64,000 nt of DNA from Epithemia pelagica (taxonomy: Eukaryota; Protista; Bacillariophyta). This document shows positions 32,569 to 45,060 of the stretch, piece by piece. Made by a program: the position numbers and the translations under genes. A model generated the notes under the pieces. That model searched no databases and was not told where the DNA came from. It worked only from the letters and a program-made list of their open reading frames with translations. Every line of letters begins with the position of its first letter. Position 1 is the stretch's first letter. The stretch is taken from contig OX337238.1 of assembly GCA_946965045.2 (NCBI GenBank), forward strand, positions 1,364,001-1,428,000, written 5' to 3'.

Positions 32569-35117
32569 ACTACTTACACCAGTACATTGGATCAATAGAG
32601 CGTCAAATTCGCCCTCCTCCCCCTCGAACTCGAACTCCAACTCGCGGCGACGACCATGGCGGAGGCGGCAACAGTCTCCGTCTCCGTCAGGAATTCCACA
32701 TGGCTCGAAACGACTAAATACACATGACTCGAGGCGCGGGAAGTTGACTGGGCAATTCTCAGCAACAAACAAATTGTACCCCACGACACCATCCTTTGCA
32801 ATCACAGCAAGGTCGTCGTCCGACAAGTTACAAGTATCCTCGTTAAAAACCACTATCGCTTGAAAATCAACCTCCTTGCGCTTGCCAGTACAGCCAACGG
32901 TCCCATTTAAACTACGCAACACTCCAAATGCGTTATCGGTTCCAAATGCTTGTTCGGTTGTTTGCCGGAGGGCATCATCGAGAAGCGAGTTCAACTCGTC
33001 TAACACAACACCATCACCAGGCGTGGCAGAAGCAGGACAAAAACATCTGGAATCGTCCTTCTTAGTATCGGAGAAGTCGCTCATGCCGGAGGCACGGCGA
33101 TGATGCACCATGCCATGCGGTAGCGTTTGGTTCGACGCCGGACTTTGAATGTATCGTTCGACTAAGTCACGCCGACCCTGGTCTCCGTCATCGTCATCCT
33201 CACTGCCTGTATCATCTTTGGAGCTAAAGTTTCCTCCCCAGGGAAACTCGGATCCGAATAGTCGTCGGTGTCGTCTTCTATCTCCGGGATCCATGTCAAC
33301 GTCATGGAGGCGTCGTGTTCTATCACCCTCCCCGCATTTTTTAAAATCAAAATTGTAAAAGGTGTTTTCCAGCCGTGTAAACCTGGATTCACATAGTTCA
33401 AATTGTTCCTGGTTGTAGCTCTCGACAAAGAGGGCAAACCACTCGTCGGTTTTTTTCTTTCTCAACAAACAGGGATCGTCTCCAATTGCCGAGACAAAAT
33501 TAAATGTATCCACCACATCAAATGTTCCACAGTCGATTTCTCGCAGTTCGCGGACGGCCGTAACTTCGTGCACGTCGGACAAACAGTCACTACCGCCGGA
33601 GGAACCGCTCTTGCCTTTTTTGCTCTTGCCGCTACCACTACTCATTTCCTCGCCACTGCCGTCCGACCCCTTTTCTTGACAATGCTGAACGGCACCATCG
33701 AGTCCCATTCGGAGCTGTTCCTCCGTGACTCCCTTTTGTACGGGTTCGTCCAGCAAGGCGGTGGGACAATAACAACCCTTGAACGGGCAGTCTACTTGAT
33801 CATCATCCAAAATCCCCGACAACGGACATTCGGTTTCTTGATTCCTGGTAAACGTTTCCGTTAGGTCATCGTTTTGTACCAAGGCGGTCGTAGGATCGGG
33901 TGGGCCATAGTATCCTACCGTGACTTCGTAAAGGGTCCAGTCTTGATGGTCATTGTCCGAGGCTGGAATGCGTTCGAACGACTGAATGAGACTGGAATCG
34001 ATACTATGAATCACTCGTTGGGAAGGATCGCAAAGCACGGCCGTTGTGGTACGAAAGGTATCCTTCAACACATGGCCCAAATCCGCATAATCGTTCTTGT
34101 CCAAATGTCCGTCGACTTGAATGGCAATAAATGATGGTTCATCAAAGGTTTTGAACTCTGTCCCGATCTCGTCACACTCGATTTTTTCCACCTGCGTTTG
34201 GGGATCGTACGAAAGCATTCGATGGTCGGTCGATGGCATCCAGGGTTTCTTCTTCTTTTTGATTTTGTGGTTGTTGTGGTTGTTGTGGTTGTTGTTGTTT
34301 CGTCTCGTGGTGGGTAGTTCGAGCAGTTGTTGTTGCTGTTCGGCCAACCGTGCCATGGTGTTAGGATTCTCACCGAAAACTAGGTGGCGAAACCTACAAC
34401 TCATCGAATGATGCTAGTATTTTATGGCATCTGATGACATTTTCCTAAAAAGTGAGAAAAGAATGTCGGCATGCTCGCGAAACTATAAATTTGGCCACGG
34501 CATGCTCGCATTGCACGTGTTATCGGCGACCGCTCGGATATTAACTATGGCCCAACACGTGCGCGCCCAAAACTATCAAGTGCGCGCCTCTACTATCCGA
34601 GTACGCGCATCCACGATTCGACCTAACGGTCTATGTAATCAAAGCACGAATCACGATCACGCGAGACCATATCTCTGTTCCCACAAATCCAAGAATGCAA
34701 ACAGCAACGCGCCCAGGACAAGACTTATACCACGACAAAGCAAGAGCTGTTGCATCCCATACATGTTATCCATCACCCTATACATTCAATATACACCAAT
34801 GCCGGTCTACTCCAACCAGTGAGGACCTATCACACCAGATCCATGGCCGTATACAAGAGCCAGGACTTTGGCACCATCAACCACCTTAGTTAGTAATCGT
34901 CTCACAATCATTAATATCACCATTTTAACACTCATCTTAAGACTAACCTCTTATCAGTGGACCGACTGCCCCCACCCACGGCGGACTTCGACTTGCAACT
35001 CTTCTCTGACCCGTGGAGGATTGTTGTATCGGTTGGTGATTCGATTGTCGGCTCAGCGAGCCTTTTACCTATCCTACCTATCTGTCTAACCCCTGTTGAA
35101 TCGAGAGAAGTTTATCA

Positions 35118-35131
35118 GATTAACAGTCTCA
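35118..35131 (+). other. Putative primer-binding site complementary to a tRNA-Asn(GTT) anticodon arm
   Basis: GATTAACAGTCTCA directly follows the 5' LTR. Its reverse complement TGAGA-CTGTTAA-TC has the form stem, Asn anticodon loop, start of the 3' stem. Confidence 0.6.
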
Positions 35132-35155
35132 TCGTTTATTTCCGAGAAGCTTTCG

Positions 35156-35911
35156 ATGTCTCACGACGATTCCAACCTCTCTATTCGGCACATCTTTCAT
35201 TCCTTCCAACAAAGCGGGGAGGAACTCCATCCACCCGTGTCCCATCCGGGCGAGCCCTTGATTGAAACTCCGAAACAGACCCCGACTCAGGCCAGTGCTC
35301 CGAATCCCTTCCAGACCCCGGACCAAGTGGTCCAGCCTCCTTCGATTCCGACTCACCCTTCGACTCCGCCTCGCCGTTTGAACCCTACTCGCACCCGACG
35401 TACGAGTCGTCTTCTTACTGCGCATATCCGACACTTCCGCGAGCCGACTGAGTCGACTACCGACCCCGACGTGATCCGTTCCACAACCAAACGCGAGATC
35501 GATTTCCAGTCCGTCCAACCCGTGACTGACCTTGAGGACATCCAACGACTTCTCGACCTCTTGTACCAGTGCTCGAGACGCCGTTTCATTGTCCAAGCCC
35601 TGTTGGGCAACCCTGTGGAACCCATCCGTATTCGATTCATCTCCTTTGAACGTCCAACCAACTACTTCCACACCATCTGGATCGTCAACTTGACGACGAA
35701 TCCGCTACCTACCCCGACTACTCGTCTCGACGAGTACGTCTCCTTTGTTCACGAGATCCATCTCTGCCAGGATTTCCGTGCGACTATCTACCCTCTCTTC
35801 ACTCAACACGTGAACCACTTGTTGGAAGACGACGACGTTGAAGAACTAGCCACTACAGTGACCGATTCCGCATCTCGTCTTCAGTACCGAGCCGAAAGTG
35901 ACCAAGAATAA
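35156..35911 (+). CDS. Extra ORF upstream of gag-pol in the CoDi-like element
   Basis: 251 aa from ATG 35156, Pro/Thr-rich N-terminal half, no recognised domain, 176 bp upstream of the gag-pol ATG. Confidence 0.45.
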   Translation: MSHDDSNLSIRHIFHSFQQSGEELHPPVSHPGEPLIETPKQTPTQASAPNPFQTPDQVVQPPSIPTHPSTPPRRLNPTRTRRTSRLLTAHIRHFREPTESTTDPDVIRSTTKREIDFQSVQPVTDLEDIQRLLDLLYQCSRRRFIVQALLGNPVEPIRIRFISFERPTNYFHTIWIVNLTTNPLPTPTTRLDEYVSFVHEIHLCQDFRATIYPLFTQHVNHLLEDDDVEELATTVTDSASRLQYRAESDQE

Positions 35912-36087
35912 GTAACTTTACGTAGTTTCTACACCAAACCAGACACAAAACCGAGTTCCGCACATCCGGGTTCCAAGCACATCACACATCCGGGTACCTA
36001 CATACGTGTCACATCCGGGTAAATAAAATTTTCGCAAGGACATCACGCTACACACTGTAATAACAGCTGAACCATACAAGTACTATC

Positions 36088-39000
36088 ATGGAAGCGACAC
36101 CTCCCAAGACACCGTTTACTCCTCCTGAGGACAAGTCAAGTCATATAACCAACCAAGATCTCTTCGACCATATAACTAAAGGCATCTTTGGTTGTAATGA
36201 TGAACGAGCCCAATCACTTCAAAAGTGGATGCGACATCATGGTTTTGAACATATCCTTCATGTCCTCGACCATGTTGCAACTGATCCCGAGGAGACACTC
36301 AAAGATCTTATGCAATACAAGGTTGGAAAACAAGTCAACGACCTACAGACAAGTACAAGATTACAACTCAAACTAATGGCATATTGGTTACTACAACAAC
36401 GGCAACTCCAACATGGAAAACTACCCCGTGCTACATGGATGAACCTCATGAGGGACCAATATGACGATTGGAGGATCAACACCGACTTTACCAAGTCTGG
36501 TATGAACCAAGACCCAGTTTCTCCTCTGAAATCACCTGCACACTCCGTATCATCCCGATCTCCCACTACATCCTCTACAACATCTCAATCCATGTTAGAT
36601 CTCTCTGCTTTCAAGAAAGGAACCAAAAGAGATGCAACAGCATTTGAATCATTCAAAGACGAACGATACTTTGATTCGTTTTGGCGTGTATTCAAATCAA
36701 CTGCGAAAGCACAAGGATTGTCGAATGTTCTTGATTTCGATTACAAGGTACCCAAGGATGACGAATGCGCAGAGTTACTTTTTCGAGAACAACAAGTCTT
36801 TGTCTATTCTGTACTTGTACGTATTATCCAAACCGACCAAGGAAGAGCATATGTTCGAGAACATGAACATGATGAAGATGCAAGAGCCGTCTTGAAGAAA
36901 CTCCATGTTCTACACACTGAATCTGATCTAGCTAAGCGAGAAGTGTTACGCCTAACAAGCTACATTTCGAATCTTCGACTGGATGACTCTTGGCGTGGTA
37001 CAACTTGTCAGTTTCTCCTACATTTTCAAGAACAGCTACGACTTCTGGATAACCTTGTACCACTGTCGGATCGTATCCATGACCATACAAGGATGACCTT
37101 CCTTATGCAAGCTGTTGAAAAGGTACCTGATTTAAGACGAGTCAAGATCTTGGATAACATTGTCAACACAAAATCTGGAGCCAAGTCTCTCTGTTATCAA
37201 TCATATTTCCGCCTGCTTCTTGATGCTGCTTTTGACCATGACCAAGCTACCCGAACTTCTGCGTCTAACCGCCGTCGTCATGTAAAGCAACATGAATTTC
37301 AGTTGGATGAACCTTTTGAACCAGTGGAGCCCCCTGACTACCAGATCAACAACACGAATATCCAATCCGAAAAGTCCCCAACTTCGTCGAAAATCAGCCT
37401 TCCAAGAGATGTATGGTTTAAACGCTCTGAAGAGGATCGGCAAATCATTGTCGACTTCAATAAATCCGTCCAAGATTCCCCGACAACTCCACGCAAGGTC
37501 CAAACACATTCTCTTGACATTGATCCTGAACCGGACCCTGATCCTGATACCAACAACATTGGTGATACCCATCAAGATGCACCAGAACAAGATCCATTCG
37601 ATACATCCTCTGATCCGGTTACCCAGTTCGTACACCAGGCTATTGCATCGACAGATATCAATCATCCAGCATCTGACCTCAGCAACATCTTGTCAACTTC
37701 TACAACAAAGTCAAGTCCTAAAGTCAAGTTCAAGTCTTTTGCCGATCACAAGCAAAAGGTTCATATGTCACAATATCTATTCTCCCGCAAATCCACCTTT
37801 TCTGGTAATCAACTCATCGATCGAGGTGCCAATGGAGGCCTTGCAGGATCTGACATGCGTATCCTTGCCAAAACCGGACGTCATATTACCATTGTAGGTA
37901 TTGACAATCATGAATTGACTGGCCTTCCAGTCGTTACCTGTGCTGCCAAGTTTGATACAAGTGATGGACCCATTATTGGTATCTTCAATGAGTATGCCCA
38001 CTATGGAAAGGGTTTATCTATCCATGCCCCAGCGCAATTTGAACATTTCGGCCTATCTGTCGACGAACGATCCGTCAAGGTTGATGGCAAACAACGCATT
38101 ACTACCCTTGATGGACGTGCATTGCCCTTACGAATCAAGGATGGCCTTGCATACATTCAATCTCTGGGAATCCCTTCTGATGACGATATGGATAAATATC
38201 CGCATATTGTGTTCACTTCACCCCATATCTGGGATCCTTCTGTACTTGACCATACCCATCCAGACCCCCATCGAGACCCTGCACCGAACTGGACATCTGT
38301 GGAGACTGATGGTAGTATGGAAACGTACCCCTATGACCAATATGGGGAGTATACCAATCGCGTTGTATGCACTTTGAATCTCCTCCTTGATCTCCCATAT
38401 GATCATGGCCCCGATACACCTTCCTTCTTTTCCATCTATGCTGATCAAGATGGCAACGACCCCACACTTCATGCGTCTGTCCACAAACTCTACAAGGAAC
38501 AATACGACTGGAAGAAATTTCGCCCTTTCTTTGGGTGGCAATCGGAAGACGTAATCGCCGATACGTTCAAGCATACAACTCGTCATGGACACATTTCCTT
38601 TGACCAGGATACCTTGAAGAAACACTTTAAGGCCCGGAATCCTATCCTTAACCTACCACGACGGCATGAACCCGTTGCCACTGACTCCATCTTCTCCGAC
38701 ACCCCGGCTGTTAACCATGGTGGCAAGATTGCTCAGATTTTTGTTGGTCGTGATACTTTGGTTACTGACATTTATGGTATCAAGTCTACCAAGCAATTCG
38801 TCAATACCCTCCAGGATAACATTCGTACACGTGGTGTCATGGAGACTTTGATCAGTGATGGTGGTTCGTCACTTATTTCCCACAAGGTCAAGGATATTCT
38901 TCGCACCCTTCTGATTGGTGAATACCGTTCCAAGCCCTATCATCAACACCAGAACAAAGCTGAGAACCGCTACCAGACCGTTAAGCGTATGACCAATGCT

Positions 39001-41768
39001 ATCATGAATGCCTCCGGTTGCCCTGCTTCTGCATGGTTACTTTGTTTAGAATATGTGTGTGACCTCCTCAATCACACTTCCTCTCCCACCCACTCTGGCC
39101 ACACCCCTCTTGAGGCTCTTACCGGTACCCCACCCGACATTACCCATCTCCTTTTCTTTCCTTTCTGGGATGAGGTCTACTATCGTGTCGACCCTTCTGA
39201 ACCTACCTCCGATTCTTACCCTTCGTCTCCCGACGAGAAGCTTGGCCACTGGGTTGGTTTTGCCCACAATGTTGGTGATGCCTTTACTTGGAAGATCCTC
39301 ACTGCCGACAACGTCATCATCTACCGTTCCGCTGTCCGTCGCGTTGCCTCCACTACCCCCAACCTTCGTGTGGATATCTCTTCAGGGGAGGAGTTGCCGC
39401 ATGAACCCACTGACAAGCAAGGTGACACTGTCTTTATTCGCAGCAGAAGTGAAGACCCATCCACACCTATGCCAACAATTGACTACGACGATTTAGTTGG
39501 ACGCACATTCCTTTGTGACACTGAAGAGAATGGGGAGCGCCACCGAGCACGAGTAATTAAACGAGTTGTCGACCTGGAACAAGATGCAACCAAACAAGAA
39601 GATCGACTCAAATATATCTTTCGCAAGTCTAACTCCAATGTTGATGAGATGATCTCCTACAACCAGCTCATGGAATACATTGAAAGGGATAATCAAGCCC
39701 AAACGACAGGGGATAGTCTCTTCCGATTCAGAGACGTTATTGCACACCAAGGACCTTTGAACTCAAGCGATCCAGACTATAAAGGGAGTAAATATAATGT
39801 CCTTGTTGATTGGGAGACTGGGATGACGACATACGAACCTCTATCTCTTATTGCAAATGATGACCCCATCACAGTCGCCATCTATGCCAAGAAAAATGGT
39901 TTGCTGGATCTACCTGGATGGAAACATCTCAAGCGATACGTCAAGACAAGCAAAAGACTCATTCGAGCAGCTAAACAATCCAGGATCAAACAAGTTTGTC
40001 GCTCTATCAAGTACAAGTTTGGTTTCCAAGTACCTCACACCTATGAAGAAGCAGTGGAACTAGACAAGCAATTTGGGAACACGAAATGGCAAGACGCAAC
40101 AGAATTGGAACTCTTACAGATCCAATCGTATAACACTTTCAAGGACCATGGAAAAGCCAAGTTCATTAATGGGAAATTGGCCAATGCACCAGAAGGATAT
40201 CATAAGATAAGAGTACATCTGGTCTTTGATGTCAAGCATGACGGAAGGCACAAGGCACGACTTGTCGCAGATGGACATCTCACCAAGGAACCCGTTGAGA
40301 CCATCTATTCAGGGGTTGTCTCCATTCGCAACCTTCGCATTGCCATATTTCTTGGAACCATGAACGACATGGAAATATGGGGAGCAGATATTGGGAACGC
40401 ATACCTAGAAGCATTGACAGGAGAGAAGATTTTCATCATTGCAGGACCAGAGTTCAAGGAGTTAGAAGGACATATCTTGATCATCTACAAGGCATTATAT
40501 GGTCTCAAATCCTCAGGTGCTCGCTGGCATGACAAACTGTTTGATGTTCTCATTGATATGGGATTTTCTCCAAGCAAGGCTGACCCTGATATTTGGATGA
40601 AGAAGGCTCCTGGAGAAGACTGTTATGAATATATCGCTGTATATGTTGATGACTTAGCTATCGTTGCCATGGACCATGAAGCTGTCTGTAAGATCTTTAC
40701 AGAAAAATACAACTTCAAACTCAAAGGAGTCGGACCTATCGAGTATCATTTGGGGTGTCGTTATACCAAAGATCCAGATGGTACACTTGTGTCTGACCCA
40801 CGAAGGTACATCGAGAAGATGATGGATACCTATGAACGATTGTTCAATGAGAAACCCAAGAAAGCAAAGCCGCCAGTCATTGCTAACGATCATCCTGAAC
40901 TCGATGACTCGGAGCTCTTAGATGAAGAAGGGACCCAGCATTTCCAGACTCTTATTGGACAACTGCAATGGCTAATTACCATTGGCCGTTTGGATGTCTT
41001 TCCTGCTACCATGACTCTATCAAGGTTCAGAGCTGCTCCAAGGATTGGTCATTTGAAGCGAGCTAAACGCATCTATGGATACCTCATGTCATTTCCTGAT
41101 GGGTCTATCAGATTCCGCACTGGGGAGCCAGATTTATCAGCTTTACTTATCCAAGAATACGATTGGAGTCTACCGTATACATGGACGCCAAGGAACGTAT
41201 CCCTGAGGACTGTCCAACCCCACTTGGGCGTTTTGTGACAACTATACATTATGTCGACGCAAATCTCATGCATGATATGGTTACTGGGAAAGCAGTTACA
41301 GCCATCCTGCATTTTGTAAATGGTACACCCGTGGACTGGTACAGTAAGCGACAAGCCACAGTGGAAACAGCCACGTATGGATCTGAATTTGTTGCCGCAA
41401 GGACTGCAGTTGATCAGATCACGGAGCTACGCCTTACACTCCGATACTTGGGAGTCCCTCTGCGAGAGAAGAGTTACATGTTTGGAGATAACCGCTCTGT
41501 CGTTATCAATAGCACCACACCACACTCAATCATCTCCAAGAGGCACCATCTCCTATCCTATCACCGAGTCCGTGAAGCTATCGCTGCAACGTACGTCACA
41601 TTCTACTGGAAAGATGGAAAGACAAACCCAGCTGATATCCTCAGTAAACATTGGGAATTCGCCGCAGTTTGGCCCATGCTCAGATCTTTGTTATTCTGGA
41701 GAGGAAAAATCCAGGAAAGTGATGAGGGAATTGACAATCCTCATTCGACGAATTGTGGGGAGTGTTAG
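36088..41768 (+). CDS. CoDi-like Gag-Pol polyprotein, frameshift near 41170 before RNase H
   Basis: 1716-aa ORF: gag, protease LIDRGANGG, integrase ATDSIFSD/LISDGG/QNKAE, RT KARLVADGH, ALYGLKSSG, YVDDL. RNase H (YVDANLMHD..FGDNRSV..NPADILSK) is in the next frame. Confidence 0.9.
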
Positions 41769-43284
41769 GATTCTCACCGAAAACTAGGTGGCGAAACCTA
41801 CAACTCATCGAATGATGCTAGTATTTTATGGCATCTAATGACATTTTCCTAAAAAGTGAGAAAAGAATGTTGGCATGCTCGCGAAACTATAAATTTGGCC
41901 ACGGCATGCTCGCATTGCACGTGTTATCGGCGACCGCTCGGATATTAACTATGGCCCAACACGTGCGCGCCCAAAACTATCAAGTGCGCGCCTCTACTAT
42001 CCGAGTACGCGCATCCACGATTCGACCTAACGGTCTATGTAATCAAAGCACGAATCACGATCACGCGAGACCATATCTCTGTTCCCACAAATCCAAGAAT
42101 GCAAACAGCAACGCGCCCAGGACAAGACTTATACCACGACAAAGCAAGAGCTGTTGCATCCCATACATGTTATCCATCACCCTATACATTCAATATACAC
42201 CAATGCCGGTCTACTCCAACCAGTGAGGACCTATCACACCAGATCCATGGCCGTATACAAGAGCCAGGACTTTGGCACCATCAACCACCTTAGTTAGTAA
42301 TCGTCTCACAATCATTAATATCACCATTTTAACACTCATCTTAAGACTAACCTCTTATCAGTGGACCAACTGCCCCCACCCACGGTGGACTTCGACTTGC
42401 AACTCTTCTCTGACCCGTGGAGGATTGTTGTATCGGTTGGTGATTCGATTGTTGGCTCAGCGAGCCTTTTACCTATCCTACCTATCTGTCTAACCCCTGT
42501 TGAATCGAGAGAAGTTTATCACATGGAACAGGACACTGCACTCATCATCCAGACCAACACAAGTGGTACGCAGGAGTAGGAGGAGGAGACTCTTCTGGTC
42601 CGTGGCGGCAGTCGATCTGTGGACGACATGTCTGCTATATAGTCTCGTGTTGGCAAATGGTCGTTGGAGAGGTACCAAACTGGAACTCAGTCACGGGGAA
42701 CTGTTAGACTGTCCAACAGAGAGAGAGGAGGTCGTTCGTCACTGCGCAACTCTCCAGAGGTGTTGGATGCGAGTGCTATCGTCCTGCGTGTTGTTGTTCT
42801 TGTTGACTATACTTGTTGTGTTCCAAAAGAGAGGAGGTCGCCCGTGTTCTGTTGCCACAAAAAGGCTTGCTTCTTTCTACGTGGTTGTGGATGACACCAA
42901 AAGTAGGTACCTGCCAATGAAACCAGAGAGGGAGAGAGTTGTGTCTTGGTTTGGAGTGACTTGGCACAAATCAAAAGTGTTTGTTCCGAACGGATCACCA
43001 CCGCAGCGCCCACCACTCGAATTTTCCAAATTTCTGTCATCTCTCTCCAAATTTGGTACGAATGTCATTTATCCAGTTCGTCGGCCGTTCCTAGAAATCA
43101 ATTACCAAAGGAACGGAGCACAAAATCCGGTGCGAGTCATGGTTAAACCCAGTCAGAGTTGTGAAGTAAAAAGTACCCTTTTTTGCAAAGTACCATACTT
43201 TTATACTATACTTTACCTTACTTCTACTTCCCGAAGTAAAGTAACCATCTCACTCGATCATTACTTTACTACACGAAGTACATT

Positions 43285-43970
43285 ACTCTTCTCCTTCTGC
43301 GTTATCGCAAAGTACATCATTAAAGTACCCCCCACTTTACACCACGTCATAAAGTAATCAAGTAAAGCACCACCATCGCTGACGACTGACTATAAGTACA
43401 TAGTAACTCACCACCATCGCTGACGACAAACTATAAGTACTTAGTAACTCACCACCACCCATGCTGGATACACAAAGTACGAAAGTCAAGTACCACTGTC
43501 AAGTATTATCCACCATTCAGTAGTATAACTACACAAAGTACATCACTCCTCTCCTACTGCGTTATCGCAAAGTACATCATTAAAGTACCCCCCACTTTAC
43601 ACCACGTCATAAAGTAATCAAGTAAAGCACCACCATCGCTGACGACTGACTATAAGTACATAGTAACTCACCACCACCCATGCTGGATACACAAAGTACA
43701 AAAGTCAAGTACCACTGTCAAGTATTATCCACCATTCAGTAGTATAACTACACAAAGTACATCACTCCTCTCCTACTGCGTTATCGCAAAGAACATCATT
43801 AAAGTACCCCCCACTTTACACCACGTCATAAAGTAATCAAGTAAAGCACCACCATCGCTGACGACTGACTATAAGTACATAGTAACTCACCACCACCCAT
43901 GCTGGATACACAAAGTACAAAAGTCAAGTACCACTGTCAAGTATTATCCACCATTCAGTAGTTTAACTAA
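43285..43970 (+). repeat. Left subterminal tandem repeat, ~3 units of ~220-260 bp, rich in AAGTA
   Basis: CTGCGTTATCGCAAAG(T/A)ACATCATTAAAGTACCCCCCACTTTACACC recurs at ~43297, ~43557 and ~43776. Confidence 0.9.
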
Positions 43971-44518
43971 GTTTATTGCTGAGGGTGGACGACGAGAAGT
44001 TGGGGACGACGAGGGGCAGTAACGACGAGAAGGGCAATAGCGACGAGGAGTGGACTGCCCCTGTGAGATCCGCGTAAGCGGATCGAGGGGGCAGTCCACG
44101 ACGAGAAGCTATTGCCGGACGAGGAGTTACGCCCTGAGAAGTGCCCCAACGACGAGGATTCCCCCGGGGCTATTAACTTATGTATGCTTCCTTTGTCGCG
44201 AGGAGTCGTGCCAAACGCGCGGCGTGACAATAGGTATTCTTCGCTCTGTTTATAGGCTTTCATCTACTTACGTACTTACATAGGATTGTCATAGGATTAT
44301 TCTTAACGCTCTTTACCTAAGAATATGTGCGTGCTGGCAATCTCACATTTATGCAATATGGTCAGAACATGCCAATCAAAATCCAATCGTGCTCCTTTCT
44401 ATAAGTGACCATCTTTCTTACATAGAGAAAAGCACGTGTTACTTAGAGTCACTATTCCTCCATCCCTCCCCCAACCATTGATACCAACAACACGACACCA
44501 TAACTCAAGACGAATAAC

Positions 44519-44836
44519 ATGGGAAAGTCGACCATGGTGACTCCTCCTCCGGGAGGAAACACCCGTCTTCCCACGAACTATACCCAAACCATCACTCCCC
44601 CTCCAATCATTGACCTCTGTACCCCTCCAGAGGTCATTGATCTTTGTTCTCCGTCGTCATCCTCTTCGGACTCATCAGGACAGACGCTCATCTTCCTTAC
44701 CAACGAAGGGAGCAAAAATGAGTGGGATGGCCGCTTATACAAGCGATCAGAGCTATATGACGACTGCACAGGGTCGGCCGAGGAACATAGCATCAGCTCT
44801 GACCCTTGGATCCAAGAAAAATGGAATAGGTGGTAA
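44519..44836 (+). CDS. Small ORF (105 aa) with tandem SUMO-interacting-motif-like sequences
   Basis: ATG start; contains PIIDLCTPPEVIDLCSPSSSSSDSS. Coding status is unproven. Confidence 0.4.
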   Translation: MGKSTMVTPPPGGNTRLPTNYTQTITPPPIIDLCTPPEVIDLCSPSSSSSDSSGQTLIFLTNEGSKNEWDGRLYKRSELYDDCTGSAEEHSISSDPWIQEKWNRW

Positions 44837-45060
44837 GTTGATGCCGTCGTTCTGGCCATTGTCGTGATTTCTCGTTGTTGTTTTCTTCCCAAAATTTTGA
44901 ATCCATCCGTCACGCGCGCGCATAGCCTAGTCGCTTTTATTGTTTGTACTAGAATCTACGTAGCCCCTACGACGCTGCACGTTCTCGCAAGTGTCACCCT
45001 CTTCCTTTGCACCTCTCTCATTTCCGCTCTTCATTTTGTCATTGTCGCAACAGTTTCACC

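Larger units (their letters stand above)
34359..42521 (+). mobile_element. Full-length CoDi-like Ty1/copia LTR retrotransposon (8163 bp)
   Basis: TG..CA LTRs of 759 bp (34359-35117, 41763-42521). 5-bp TSD CATGG (34354-34358, 42522-42526); empty site 8912-8916. PPT GTGGGGAG before the 3' LTR. Confidence 0.96.
25598..42656 (-). pseudogene. Copy B of the secreted modular protein gene, interrupted by three insertions
   Basis: Homologous pieces are 25598-25734, 32025-32187, 32569-34358 and 42522-42656, split by copia-2, the 381-bp insert and the CoDi-like element. Confidence 0.88.

Noticed and set aside
34424-35089. ORFs of 64-132 aa duplicated at 41828-42493
   Set aside because: They lie inside the LTRs, so the duplication reflects the LTR pair and is not evidence of coding function.
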